Origin: Rhizobium sp.
GTDB lineage: Bacteria; Pseudomonadota; Alphaproteobacteria; Rhizobiales; Rhizobiaceae
DNA length: 64,000 nucleotides
NCBI GenBank assembly: GCA_039593415.1
Contig: JBCNPI010000006.1
Span: 246 to 64,245 of the forward strand
Direction: 5' to 3'
Shown: positions 28,801 through 38,489 of the stretch, one piece after another
How the letters are laid out: each line of letters starts with the position of its first letter
Numbering within the stretch: the first letter of the stretch is position 1
Position numbers and translations under genes: made by a program
Notes under the pieces: generated by a model
The model's database searches: none
What the model was told of the DNA's origin: nothing
The model's input: the letters and a program-made list of their open reading frames with translations, nothing else

Positions 28801-30557
28801 CATTGAAGCTCGGCGATGGCGGCACATCAGGTTCAATTACAGGTGACGTCGTCGATAATGCAACGCTCGCCTTCGACCGTTCCGATGATCGTATCTTTGG
28901 CGGCAGGATCAGTGGTGGCGGCAGGATACAGCAGCTCGGCTCTGGCAGTACCAATCTTTCGGCCGACTCGAGCGCCTTTACGGGCACGACGATGATCTCA
29001 GCCGGTACGCTGTTCGTCGATGGCAAGCTCGGTGGAACGCTCAACATCGCTTCAGGCGGCAAATTGGGCGGAACCGGTACCGTCGGAACAACAACTGTTG
29101 CTGAAGGCGGCACGATCTCTCCAGGTCATTCGCCCGGTAACCTCCATGTCAATGGAGATATCGCGTTTGATGCAGGCTCGACATACAGGGTGGACATCAC
29201 ACCCTCCTTGAGCGGCGACCTGATCGAAGCGACAGGTGCCGCGACTATTCATGGCGGCACAGTTGACGTCGTGAAGTCCGTCGGAACTTTCACGCCGGGC
29301 AGTCGTTGGGTCATTCTCTCGGCTGGTGGCGGGGTGACTGGCACCTTCGAGCAGCTGACCCAAGATATGCCTTTTGTAGATTTGTCTCTCTCTTACAATG
29401 CCGATAACGTTTATCTCGACGTCACCCGCAACGCCGTTAGATTTTGCGATGTCGCGCGCACGTCGAATCAATGCATCGCCGCCAATGGTTTAGAGAGCAG
29501 CGGACAGGGCGATTTGGTCAATCAGGCCCTGGCGGCCGTTTCCGACGCTAAGGACGCGCAGCTGGCCTTGGACGCCTTGTCGGGTGAAATTCATGCCTCA
29601 CTCCAGGGCGTGATGCTGGAGGATAGCCGCTTCATTCGCGAGGCGGTAATCGATCGATTGCGAGCGGCTTCTTTAGATACGGACAGCGCGAGGCTGCACC
29701 CCTTGGGTCAGGATACGACTTCCATCCCCGGGACTGCCATCACCGTTTGGGGACGGGGTTTCGGCTCCTGGGGGCGATGGGACAGTGATGGCAATGCAGC
29801 TTCATTCAATCGATCAATTGGTGGTTTCTTGCTCGGCGCTGATGCGCCCGTGGGTGATGATTGGCGCCTCGGCTTTGTGACCGGCTACGATCATGCTTCC
29901 ACTGATCTTGCGAGCCGCTCTTCATCTGCTGGCATCGACACCTACCATATCGGTGCCTACAGCGGAGCCGAGGTCGGCCACCTGAACTTCCGCTTCGGCA
30001 CTACTTATGCCTGGCATGATATCGCCACGACCCGGTCCGTCGTTTTTCCGGGCTTTTCCGAAACGGAACGAGGCAGCTATCACGCGGGCACTGTCCAGAT
30101 TTTCGGCGAGGCTGGGTACCGCTTCGAAGGGGGAGCGCTATCGCTAGAGCCATTTGCTGGCCTCGCCCATGTAAATTACGATGGCAATAGCTTTACGGAA
30201 AAGGGTGGCAACGCCGCGCTCAGGGGGTTGCGCAACAGCGAGAACGTCACTTATTCGACCCTCGGACTAAGGGGAACCACCGAGTTCGCCGTCGGCGGTA
30301 CTATAACCACGGCGCGCGCCATGTTGGGCTGGCGCCACACCTTTGGCGGCCAGACGCCGAGCGCTTCGCTCGCGTTTGCAAATGGCAATCCATACACATT
30401 AGCTGGTGCGCCGATTGCCGAGGACGTCGCCGTCATCGAGACAGGTCTCGATTTCAATCTAACCAACGCCGCGACGCTCGGGCTTTCATATTCCGGCTCA
30501 CTCGCTCGCAACGCGCAAGACCATGGACTGCGAGCCGATCTTAAGATGAGATTTTGA
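25803..30557 (+). CDS. Autotransporter (type Va) adhesin-like protein, 1584 aa
   Basis: Extended signal ending AKA. Gly-rich N-terminus. Several autotransporter-associated beta-strand repeats (K.G.G.L.L.G.N.Y.G.T.I.GGTL). C-terminal beta-barrel (WGRGFGSWG...EPFAGL...) ending in Phe. Confidence 0.95.
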   Translation: METSIVAAPVVEQRRSLLFIARSLCRTPTVGVSALTMVASLCLADGHFTAAKAACGPAATATCSAEGGAGVPNRTGNGGAGNGDGGGASVFNASTGVTDVISGNASTNGTGGDGAAGDVSGGPGGATGASFVSGASLVIAADLGGGDGTAGPDGFNFASGGGGGGAGIFSGTDLTIASGATVSGGIGGRGGAATSFVGNGGGGGGGGAGIMSAVVGATIDNEGAVLGGNGGNGGSGGYGAGGGGGGDGLLVFGDATSVINIGSITGGMGGSPGTGSIGGTGSAGASGAGVNLGGRRSVLQNIGTITGGAGNGAAAGAGVIGWGNSFVLNAGTIAGGLNSDGLTRAAAIQFNGTGNILSLFNGSNLIGDIVITPGAAAVILPQSLGLTLSNAISLQGATSTISFDTSRTDLVDSSIISGAGGVIKTGGGNLTLTGLNTYSGGTTIGGGTVSVSSDSNLGALSGVLTFDTGTLQTASPFNSARDIVLNGGATLQIGADSQLSGVISGSGALTKASGGKLILSGSSTYVGATTIAGGMLSVEGSLANTAVTVSSDATLGGSGSIAGSVSVADGGIIAPGSSPGTLTVGSLSLNGGSVLNYQLGRPGVVGGSVNDLIEVTGNLTLDGTLNVADVGGFGAGVYRLMDYGGGLTDNGLTLGGLPAGVSSSDLYVQTNIAGQINLISSVGTTLSFWDGGDVTHHDDGTISGGSGRWDLSSRSWTQTDGAINGLWRQDFAVLGGNAGTVTVDNSAGAVGFKGIQFMSDGYVIDGDALTASDAATTIRTDPGVTATIRAGIMGSGGLVKTDTGTLVLSGINSYTGGTSILGGTLRVSSDSNLGLPAGAITFDAGVLQTTAPFSTARNMTVDAGGGTLQTESDLTASGVITGSGALVKAGGGTLTLTGANTYSGGTTIRDGTLLISSDSNLGAGVGGLILDGGNLRNISGFATQRSIALDVDGGTLQTDADLWVSGAITGGGELVKTGAGTLTLTGTNTYAGNTVISGGTLKLGDGGTSGSITGDVVDNATLAFDRSDDRIFGGRISGGGRIQQLGSGSTNLSADSSAFTGTTMISAGTLFVDGKLGGTLNIASGGKLGGTGTVGTTTVAEGGTISPGHSPGNLHVNGDIAFDAGSTYRVDITPSLSGDLIEATGAATIHGGTVDVVKSVGTFTPGSRWVILSAGGGVTGTFEQLTQDMPFVDLSLSYNADNVYLDVTRNAVRFCDVARTSNQCIAANGLESSGQGDLVNQALAAVSDAKDAQLALDALSGEIHASLQGVMLEDSRFIREAVIDRLRAASLDTDSARLHPLGQDTTSIPGTAITVWGRGFGSWGRWDSDGNAASFNRSIGGFLLGADAPVGDDWRLGFVTGYDHASTDLASRSSSAGIDTYHIGAYSGAEVGHLNFRFGTTYAWHDIATTRSVVFPGFSETERGSYHAGTVQIFGEAGYRFEGGALSLEPFAGLAHVNYDGNSFTEKGGNAALRGLRNSENVTYSTLGLRGTTEFAVGGTITTARAMLGWRHTFGGQTPSASLAFANGNPYTLAGAPIAEDVAVIETGLDFNLTNAATLGLSYSGSLARNAQDHGLRADLKMRF

Positions 30558-30925
30558 AATCCGCTTTTACGTCCAGGTATACGTCGCTTGCCATTTGAGA
30601 CGTGACTTCCGGCGAATGATAGGACCCCCACAGCCACTCGGAAATGGCGTTGGCGATTGCGGCCGGTTGACCGTCTTTAGGGTAGACCGGCGCGACGATT
30701 GCAGAACTTATCGCCGCCAATCGAATTGCTCGACTATAGGCAATCAAGATCAATGACTTCTAGGCCAATCGCGATCACATATCGCGCGGCAAACGGACCT
30801 CCTGTTCGGCCCAGCTCAAGCCCCCACAAGCTGGGTCGCGGGTCCTGATCTCATCAAGAGCTTCAGTTTCGGCAGCCAGACTCCACCTGATTGAAACTGA
30901 CGGTCTGGCTTGATCGATGACAAGT

Positions 30926-31921
30926 CTAGTCAGTTTGGCCACCGCAGGACTGGCGCACAACCAGGCGGCATGGCAGGCGCGTAATTCCTGAGGGAACGGC
31001 TTCGCCTCTTGTGAGGCCTAGGATTGCAAGACCGGCACTGTGTCCGATCTCCTTCAATTCCATATCGATCGTGGTCAGTGGCGGTCTGGTTTGCCGAGAA
31101 ATGACTTCCCAGTTATCGAAGCCGACGACCGCAATATCTCCCGGGACGGCGAGATTCTTGTCACGCAATGCGTCGATGACGCCACGGGCAATTTCATCGT
31201 TCCCGCAAAATATGGCATCGGGTCTGTCGCTTCCGCGCGACAATATCTGCTCGATGGCTTCGTGGCCCCATTCTTCTGACCAGTCTCCATAAAGGACTTC
31301 TGCGCCGGGGCCGACACAGTCGCGATAGGCCTTCGCGCGGACACGCACCGCGAGGTAATCCTCCGGTCCGGTTATGTGCGCGATCCGCGACCGGCCCGAA
31401 GCCTGCAGATGCTCGACCGCAAGACGAGCGCCCTGGGCATCGTCGGGAAAGAAGCTGATGCTGTTTTCCGGACCCTCGGCAAAGGCATAGACGACGGGTA
31501 TCGAGAGCTTTGCAAGTTCCGGTGGCGGTTTCAGGTCAAGTCGCGTTGCCGTGAAGATGATGCCATCCACCTGCCGGTCCAGCAATGTTTCGAGATGCAA
31601 TCGGGCAAGGCGCGGGTCATTGTTGGTGGCGCAGAGGAAGACGGACAGGCCGTGGTCGACAAGCACTTCCGATACGCCGGCGGCCATCGGAAGTGTCAGC
31701 CTGCCATAGGTATCGTTCGTCAGCATGCCGATTGCGTGACTGCGTTTGGTTAAGAGCCCACGCGCAAGCGCATTCGGCCTGAAGCCGATCTCTTCGGCTA
31801 CACGTTTAACGCGTTCTACCGTTTCTGCGTTCGTTCGTCCGGTTCCGTTCAATGCGTTTGAAGCGGTCGAAATACTGACGCCCGCTGCCTTGGCAAGATC
31901 CCGAATAGTCTGTCGGCGCAT
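30926..31921 (-). CDS. LacI family transcriptional regulator
   Basis: TIRDLAKAAGVSISTASNALNG, FRPNALARGL, VVGFDN, PPLTTI. Confidence 0.96.
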   Translation of the reverse strand: MRRQTIRDLAKAAGVSISTASNALNGTGRTNAETVERVKRVAEEIGFRPNALARGLLTKRSHAIGMLTNDTYGRLTLPMAAGVSEVLVDHGLSVFLCATNNDPRLARLHLETLLDRQVDGIIFTATRLDLKPPPELAKLSIPVVYAFAEGPENSISFFPDDAQGARLAVEHLQASGRSRIAHITGPEDYLAVRVRAKAYRDCVGPGAEVLYGDWSEEWGHEAIEQILSRGSDRPDAIFCGNDEIARGVIDALRDKNLAVPGDIAVVGFDNWEVISRQTRPPLTTIDMELKEIGHSAGLAILGLTRGEAVPSGITRLPCRLVVRQSCGGQTD

Positions 31922-31959
31922 GGTTCTCTTGGCTCGAATCTGTTCTTTTGAAATCTACG

Positions 31960-32006
31960 GATAAAACCTTTTAGCAGAAATAATCGTGATGCTAAAAGCT
32001 TTTATC
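31960..32006. promoter_or_regulatory. Two LacI-type operators GATAAAACCTTTTAGC / GCTAAAAGCTTTTATC
   Basis: Each is quasi-palindromic and they are inverted copies of each other (15/16), in the lacI-SBP divergent spacer. Confidence 0.7.
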
Positions 32007-32117
32007 AGATTCGTTCCTAAAACATGCATACAGACTGTCGACATCGAAAAAATTGTCGACTAACCTTTTGATCACGCCATCTGGAGGCTGTTGGCGAAGA
32101 GAAAAAGGGGAACTTCC

Positions 32118-33365
32118 ATGCTCAAGTTTAAGTTGACGATCTCAGCGATCGCGCTGATGGCAAGCGCAACGCTTGCCAATGCAGCCGACATCACCTTGTG
32201 GGTGCGCACTTCTTCGGGGGCTGTGCTCCAGGGACTGGCCGACAAGTACAATGCGACCCATTCCGACAAGGTGAACGTCACGCAGATTACCGCCGAACAG
32301 ATGGTGCCGAAACTTGGCGCTGCGATCGCCGGCGGTGCGGCGCCGGACGGTGCCGTGCTCGATTTGATCTACCTTCCGACCTTTGCTGCCGCAGACGGCC
32401 TTGAGGATATCACCGACTTCGTCACGAGCCTGCCCTATGCGTCCGCCCTTAGTCCTTCGCACGTCCGCCTTGCGACCTATGGCGGCAAGATCTACGGCGT
32501 GCCTGCCCTGCCGGACGCCTCGATCATCGCTTATAATACCGATCTGTTCACAAAAGCTGGCATTGATGCAAAGAAGGCGCCTGCATCGCTTGAGGAGATC
32601 GCCGTAGATGCAAAGAAGATTACCGCGCTTGGCAACGACACCTACGGTTTCTACTTCGTGGCAAATTCCGGCAGCTGGCTGATTTATGACTTCCTGCCTC
32701 ATCTTTGGGCGGCAGGAGCCGACGTCCTCAGCGAGGACGGTCGCACGGCAACGGTCGACACACCGGCATTGCGTGACACCATTGCTGCCTATCGCGACAT
32801 GGTAAAGGCTGGCGCAGTCCACCCGACGTCGAGATCGGGCAACGGCAACAATGCTGTGGAAGCCTTCGCATCCGGCAAGGTCGGCATTCTGATGACCGGC
32901 TCCTACATCGTCAATCTGCTGACAAGCAAGTATCCGGACGTCAAGTTCAACGTCGCGCCTATTCCCGGACCGAACGGCGGCGCGTCAAGCTTTGCTGGCG
33001 GCGACGCTTTGGCGCTGATGAAAGGCATCAGCGGTGACAAGAAAAAAGTCGCCCTCGACTTCGTCAAGTTTTATATGCAGCCCGAGCAGCAGGTCTACAT
33101 CACCCAGGAATCGGGCATGCCTTCCAGGACCGACCTTGCCAACGAAGCCTATGCCAAGTTCGACAAACGCAACCTCGTCGCCTATGACGTGCTGACCAAG
33201 GCACGCACGCCCTATACTTTTTCGTCCGATGAGCTCTTCGTCAGCCGTACCGGCCCGTTCCTTAATCTGATCCAGGGAACCATTTTCGGCGAAGATGTCG
33301 ACGGCACGATCGCCAAGGCCCAGGCGGACTTCACCCGGATCCTTGAGCGAACCAATCCGAACTAA
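32118..33365 (+). CDS. Sugar ABC transporter substrate-binding protein (family 1)
   Basis: Sec signal ending ANA, GKIYGVP, YNTDLF, FASGKVG. Confidence 0.92.
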   Translation: MLKFKLTISAIALMASATLANAADITLWVRTSSGAVLQGLADKYNATHSDKVNVTQITAEQMVPKLGAAIAGGAAPDGAVLDLIYLPTFAAADGLEDITDFVTSLPYASALSPSHVRLATYGGKIYGVPALPDASIIAYNTDLFTKAGIDAKKAPASLEEIAVDAKKITALGNDTYGFYFVANSGSWLIYDFLPHLWAAGADVLSEDGRTATVDTPALRDTIAAYRDMVKAGAVHPTSRSGNGNNAVEAFASGKVGILMTGSYIVNLLTSKYPDVKFNVAPIPGPNGGASSFAGGDALALMKGISGDKKKVALDFVKFYMQPEQQVYITQESGMPSRTDLANEAYAKFDKRNLVAYDVLTKARTPYTFSSDELFVSRTGPFLNLIQGTIFGEDVDGTIAKAQADFTRILERTNPN

Positions 33366-33450
33366 CCCTTCTGGTTGACCACCGGCAAAGCGTCCCGTGA
33401 CGCTTTGCCTCCATCCCATTTTCGACCGATCAAGACAAAGGAGCGGTGCC

Positions 33451-34374
33451 GTGAGCCTGTCGCTGCGTCGCGGCAGGAAGCCTGCCGTCATGGATGGTGA
33501 GCCGGAGCCGAAAGGCTGGCTTGGCCTTGCTTTCATCCTGCCGGGTTTCCTGTTCATCGTTTTGCTCTTCCTCGTGCCGCTCATCATGACGGTATGGATG
33601 AGTTTTTATAACTGGCCACTTCTTGGTCGAGCGAAATTCGTCGGACTTGCCAATTATGCCGAGCTTCTGGGTGATGCTCAGCTATGGCATTCCCTCGGCT
33701 TCACATTGCTCTACACGGTGCTGGTCACTATGGCGATTTTCCTAGTCGCCTTTCCCTTGGCGCTGCTGGTTGATCGCCCCCTTCGCATTGCCGGCTTCTT
33801 CCGCACGATCTACTTCATGCCGGTCGTCATCGGCTTTGGCGCGGCATCGACTTTGTGGATGTGGCTCCTTAATCCGGATAATGGCGTTTTTGCTCAGGTT
33901 CTTCGAGCCGTTGGGGTGATCGATAGTGCGCCGCGACCACTCGAAAGCTTCTGGCCGGCACTTGCCGTTGTCATCCTGATGGTGGTTTGGAAGACGTCCG
34001 GCTTTACGATGATCATCCTGCTGACCGGCCTGCAAAGCATCTCCACAGACGTGATCGAGGCGGCGAAAATCGATGGGGCCAGCGTCTGGAGCCGCTTTCG
34101 CCGTATCACCCTGCCATTGATGCGCAACTCCGTGGTGCTCGCTCTCGTGCTCAACGTCACCTCGTCGATGCTTGCCTTCGACCAGTTCTTCATCATCACG
34201 CAGGGCGGCCCCTCCAACAGCACGATCTCCGCGGTGTTCTCGATCTACCTTGCGTCCTTCTCGTCCTATCGCCTCGGCTATGGTTCGGCGATCTCGCTTG
34301 CGCTGCTGATCGTTCTCGTCGCAATCAGCACGGTTCAGTTCGTCTTTCTGCGGCAGCGTCCGGAGGAGGGCTGA
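33451..34374 (+). CDS. Sugar ABC transporter permease
   Basis: FVGLANY, EAA loop VIEAAKIDGAS, TQGGP. GTG start follows AAGGAG. Confidence 0.92.
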   Translation: MSLSLRRGRKPAVMDGEPEPKGWLGLAFILPGFLFIVLLFLVPLIMTVWMSFYNWPLLGRAKFVGLANYAELLGDAQLWHSLGFTLLYTVLVTMAIFLVAFPLALLVDRPLRIAGFFRTIYFMPVVIGFGAASTLWMWLLNPDNGVFAQVLRAVGVIDSAPRPLESFWPALAVVILMVVWKTSGFTMIILLTGLQSISTDVIEAAKIDGASVWSRFRRITLPLMRNSVVLALVLNVTSSMLAFDQFFIITQGGPSNSTISAVFSIYLASFSSYRLGYGSAISLALLIVLVAISTVQFVFLRQRPEEG

Positions 34375-35243
34375 TGGACCGTCTAAATTACACGCCGCAG
34401 CCCAAGCCTGCCGTCGCGCGGCTGAGCTACGCCGCCTTCATCCTGCTATCGGTCGTCTTTGCACTCTTTTTCGTGATGCCGATCGTCTGGTCCTTTGCCA
34501 ATTCGTTCAAGCCGGCAGCCGAGGCCCTTGCCAATCCGGCTGCGCTGTTCTCGAAAGCCTTTTCGCTGGAGAACTATCGCCGCCTCGAACATGTCGGTGC
34601 CGGTTGGTACGTCTATGCCGGCAATTCGGTCCTGATCGCGGCAGGCACGGTGCTGCTGACGGTCGTAGTCTCCGTTCCGGCGGGATATGGCTTCTCGAAA
34701 TTTCGCTTTCCCGGGCAGGGGGTGCTCTTCGTGCTGATCATGGCGACGATGATGATCCCGTTTCAGTCGATTCTGACGCCGCTTTTCCTCATTCTGAAAG
34801 TGGCTCGCCTCCAGAACAGCCTCTTCGGGCTGGTGCTGATCTACGTTACGTTTCAGTTGCCCTTCTCAGTCTTCATGATGCGGAATGCCTTCGATGCGGT
34901 GCCCAAGGCACTGATCGAAGCAGCGCGCATCGATGGCGCATCGCAAGCGACCATTTTGCGACGCATCATGCTGCCGATCGCACTTCCCGGTGTTGCGACC
35001 GTTGCCATGTTTGCCTTCCTGAACTCGTGGAACGAATTCCTGGCAGCACTGATCTTTCTCTCCGATCAGAACAAATTCACTTTGCCGATCATGCTGGTCA
35101 ACGTCTCCTCCGGCATCTACGGCATCATCGACTGGGGCGCGCTTCAGGCCGGCATCGCCGTCACGATGGTCCCCTGCATCGTTCTCTTCCTGTTCTTGCA
35201 ACGCTACTACGTGCGCGGCCTTACCGCCGGCGCCGTGAAATGA
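34374..35243 (+). CDS. Sugar ABC transporter permease
   Basis: FSLENY, LIEAARIDGAS, SWNEF, LQRYYVRGLTAGAVK. TGATG coupling. Confidence 0.93.
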   Translation: MDRLNYTPQPKPAVARLSYAAFILLSVVFALFFVMPIVWSFANSFKPAAEALANPAALFSKAFSLENYRRLEHVGAGWYVYAGNSVLIAAGTVLLTVVVSVPAGYGFSKFRFPGQGVLFVLIMATMMIPFQSILTPLFLILKVARLQNSLFGLVLIYVTFQLPFSVFMMRNAFDAVPKALIEAARIDGASQATILRRIMLPIALPGVATVAMFAFLNSWNEFLAALIFLSDQNKFTLPIMLVNVSSGIYGIIDWGALQAGIAVTMVPCIVLFLFLQRYYVRGLTAGAVK

Positions 35244-35271
35244 CAGCGGCCTTGCCGCCCAAGGAGTTCCC

Positions 35272-37215
35272 ATGTCTTCGTCCTCCCTCAAGCAATCCAA
35301 TCCGGCGCCGGAAACAGAGCGCTTTGTGCCCGTCGACCATTCCCGTGTCACCTTCGATGGCGGCTTCTGGAAGGGCTGGACGGAAACGGTGCGCGACGTC
35401 ACCATTCCGTCCCAACACAAGCGGCTCGAAGAGGAGGGGTTCCTTGAAGCCCTCGACTTCGAAAAGCCAGCCGGCCCGCTCGTCAGGCCAATCCAGCCGA
35501 GTGGACTGTCAATGCAGCACTTTTTCGATTCCGATTTCGGAAAATGGATCGAAGCCGCAAGCTACACATTGAGGGCGCATCCCAATCCTGACCTGGAAGC
35601 AAAGATCGACGCCATCGTAGAAAAGCTCGAACAGGGCCAGATGGCGGACGGCTATCTGAACAGTTGGTTCATCCGCCGGGAGCCGGACAAGCGTTGGACG
35701 AACCTGCGCGACCTGCATGAGATGTATTCGATGGGTCACCTTCTGGAAGGCGCCGTCGCATATTTCGAAGCAACCGGCAAGCGCCGCTTCCTCGACATGA
35801 TGATCCGCGCCATCGATCATATTATCGATACGTTTGGACGCGAGCCCGGCAAGCTGCGTGGTTATGATGCACATGAGGAGATCGAGCTTGCGCTCGTCAA
35901 GCTCTATCGCGTGACCAAGGACCCGCGACATCTGAAGCTCGCCAGCTATTTCGTCGATGAAAGAGGACAGATGCCGTCTTATTACGATGAGGAAGCGATC
36001 AAGCGCGGTGAGCGTCCGGAAGATTATGTCTATCAAACCTACGCCTATAGCCAGGCGCATATGCCCGTTCGTGAGCAGGAACAGGTTGTCGGCCACGCCG
36101 TCCGCGCGATGTATCTGTTTTCGGCAATGTCGGACCTCGCCTACGAGAACAACGATCCGAGCCTGAAGGACGCCTGCGACAAGCTCTTCGACAATTTGAC
36201 CGGCAGACAGCTTTATGTCACGGGGGGGCTCGGCCCGTCCGCCTCGAACGAGGGATTCACCAGAGAATTCGATTTGCCGAATGAAACGGCCTATGCCGAG
36301 ACCTGCGCTGCGGTCGCCCTTGGCTTCTGGAGCCATCGCATGGCCCAGATCGATCTCGACGGCAAGTTCACCGACAAGCTTGAAACGGTTCTTTTCAATG
36401 GCGCTCTTTCGGGCATCGCGCGGGACGGCGAGCACTATTTCTATGAGAACGTGCTTGAAAGCCATGGGCAGCACCGCCGCTGGAAATGGCATTATTGCCC
36501 ATGCTGCCCGACGAATATCGCACGCTTCATCACCTCGCTCGGACAGTATTTCTATTCGACGAAGCCAGGTGAGCTTGCCGTTCATCTCTATGGTGCGAAC
36601 GTGGCCGAGCTTTCATTTGGCAAGCGCTTGCTGCGACTGCGCCAGGATACGAATTATCCGTGGGACGGCGACATCAGGCTCCAGGTTTCGATCGACGAGC
36701 CAAGCAACTTCATCATGCGCTTGAGAATTCCTTCCTGGTGCCGAGAAGCTTCGGTGTCAGTCAACGGCGAAGTGATCGCCTTGGACGCCAGCACTGTCAA
36801 AGGCTATGCGGCACTTGATCGGGAATGGCGCAATGGTGATGAAGTGCGTATAGCCCTGTCAATGCCGGTCGACCGCCTGTACGCCCATCCCGCGGTCTCT
36901 GAGAACGGCGGTCGTGTCGCCCTTAGACGAGGGCCAGTCGTCTACTGCGTTGAAGAGACTGACATCGGAAGCGAGCCGCAGCGCCTTCGTCTTCAGGCGT
37001 CTGCGGAGCTCAGTGTCCGGTACGACGCGGCACTGCTCGGTGGCGCTGCCGTCCTCGAGGGAACGGCGCTCGAGGCCGATACTGCGGATTGGGCCAATTC
37101 TCTTTACCGGACCTTGCCACCAGCGCTGAAGGCGAGACCTTTCCGGGCAATCCCGTATCATCTCTGGGCCAATCGTGAGGCGGGCGCGATGGCGATCTGG
37201 CTGCAGGAAGTATAG
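35272..37215 (+). CDS. Glycoside hydrolase family 127 (beta-L-arabinofuranosidase, HypBA1-like)
   Basis: FFDSD.GKWIEA, HEMY..GH, GHAVRAMY, YVTGG, NEGF, YAETCA, CPCCPTN (Zn/Cys site), IPY..WANR. Confidence 0.93.
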   Translation: MSSSSLKQSNPAPETERFVPVDHSRVTFDGGFWKGWTETVRDVTIPSQHKRLEEEGFLEALDFEKPAGPLVRPIQPSGLSMQHFFDSDFGKWIEAASYTLRAHPNPDLEAKIDAIVEKLEQGQMADGYLNSWFIRREPDKRWTNLRDLHEMYSMGHLLEGAVAYFEATGKRRFLDMMIRAIDHIIDTFGREPGKLRGYDAHEEIELALVKLYRVTKDPRHLKLASYFVDERGQMPSYYDEEAIKRGERPEDYVYQTYAYSQAHMPVREQEQVVGHAVRAMYLFSAMSDLAYENNDPSLKDACDKLFDNLTGRQLYVTGGLGPSASNEGFTREFDLPNETAYAETCAAVALGFWSHRMAQIDLDGKFTDKLETVLFNGALSGIARDGEHYFYENVLESHGQHRRWKWHYCPCCPTNIARFITSLGQYFYSTKPGELAVHLYGANVAELSFGKRLLRLRQDTNYPWDGDIRLQVSIDEPSNFIMRLRIPSWCREASVSVNGEVIALDASTVKGYAALDREWRNGDEVRIALSMPVDRLYAHPAVSENGGRVALRRGPVVYCVEETDIGSEPQRLRLQASAELSVRYDAALLGGAAVLEGTALEADTADWANSLYRTLPPALKARPFRAIPYHLWANREAGAMAIWLQEV

Positions 37216-37224
37216 GAGCGCATC

Positions 37225-38331
37225 ATGGCACGACTGCAGCTGAAAAATCTCGTCAAATCATACGGCATCTATGAAGCCGTGCGTGGCATAAACCTCGAAA
37301 TCGAAAACAACGAATTCATTGTCTTCGTCGGTCCATCCGGTTGCGGCAAGTCGACGACACTGCGCATGATCGCCGGCCTGGAGCATATCACTTCTGGCGA
37401 TATCGTGATTGGCGATCAGGTCGTAAACCGCCTTGGTCCCGGCAAGCGCGATATCGCCATGGTGTTCCAGAACTATGCGCTCTATCCACATATGAGCGTC
37501 AGGGAAAACATCTCTTTTTGCCTTGAGCAGCAGAAGCTTGCCAGGGATGAGATCGATACCCGCATCCAGCGCGCGGCCGAGACGTTGCATATTCGCGAAC
37601 TGCTCGACCGCCGACCGGGTCAGCTTTCAGGTGGACAGCGCCAGCGTGTCGCGATGGGGCGCGCCATCGTTCGCAATCCCAAGGTCTTTCTCTTCGACGA
37701 GCCGCTCTCCAACCTCGATGCGAAATTGCGCGTCCAGATGCGCACGGAAATCAAACGCCTGCATCAGTTGCTGCCGACGACGACGGTCTATGTTACCCAT
37801 GATCAGGTGGAAGCCATGACGATGGCTGATCGTGTCGTCGTGATGAATGGCGGCGTGATCGAGCAGGCGGGACCTCCGCAGGAACTCTATCATCGGCCGG
37901 TCAGCCAATTTGTAGCTGGTTTTATCGGTTCGCCAGCGATGAACTTCCTTCCGGCGCAATTGGCGTCGAGGGGCAGTGGGCTTGTGGTCGCTCTGGAAGA
38001 TGGTACTTCGCTAGCCGTTCCAGACGCGCGCGTCAACGAGTACGCCCGCCATGCCGGAAAGTCGGTTGTGTTTGGCATAAGGCCGGAATCGATCTGCCAT
38101 CGTCAACTGCGCCCGGGTCTCGCAGACGTTGAGGCTAAGATCGATCTGGTCGAGCCTCTTGGTCCGGAAACGATGGTCTATTTTTCCATCGGCGATGCCA
38201 ACATGTGCGCCTGCATCGATCCAGAGTGCGGGCCTAAACCACAGACGACGATGCCGTTGTCATTCAACATGAATCAGATGCATTTGTTCGATGTGGCAAC
38301 TGGAGTGGCTTTGTCGGTTGCAAAGGTATGA
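37225..38331 (+). CDS. Sugar ABC transporter ATP-binding protein
   Basis: GPSGCGKST, LSGGQRQRVAMGRA, FDEPLSNLDAKLR, TOBE-like tail. Confidence 0.96.
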   Translation: MARLQLKNLVKSYGIYEAVRGINLEIENNEFIVFVGPSGCGKSTTLRMIAGLEHITSGDIVIGDQVVNRLGPGKRDIAMVFQNYALYPHMSVRENISFCLEQQKLARDEIDTRIQRAAETLHIRELLDRRPGQLSGGQRQRVAMGRAIVRNPKVFLFDEPLSNLDAKLRVQMRTEIKRLHQLLPTTTVYVTHDQVEAMTMADRVVVMNGGVIEQAGPPQELYHRPVSQFVAGFIGSPAMNFLPAQLASRGSGLVVALEDGTSLAVPDARVNEYARHAGKSVVFGIRPESICHRQLRPGLADVEAKIDLVEPLGPETMVYFSIGDANMCACIDPECGPKPQTTMPLSFNMNQMHLFDVATGVALSVAKV

Positions 38332-38387
38332 ACAGGTGAGCGATGTCGCCTGCGACCGTGATCGATGGAGGTGGATGAGGATGTGGC

Positions 38388-38489
38388 GAGCAATTTGACG
38401 TAGCGGCTACGGACAAGGTCTGCGTCAAGGACATCACCTATATTCGGACCTGCGCAGGTTTTGGTTATTGGGCCGTCGTCATCGCTCTT
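38388..38489 (+). mobile_element. IS3-family transposase remnant (start of rve domain)
   Basis: Manual translation EQFDVAATDKVCVKDITYIRTCAGFGYWAVVIAL resembles IS3 WVTDITYI.T..G..YLAVVID. Confidence 0.75.

Noticed and set aside
27060-28810. Repeated DNA units that could suggest an array
   Set aside because: They are degenerate in-frame protein repeats of the autotransporter, not CRISPR or non-coding repeats.
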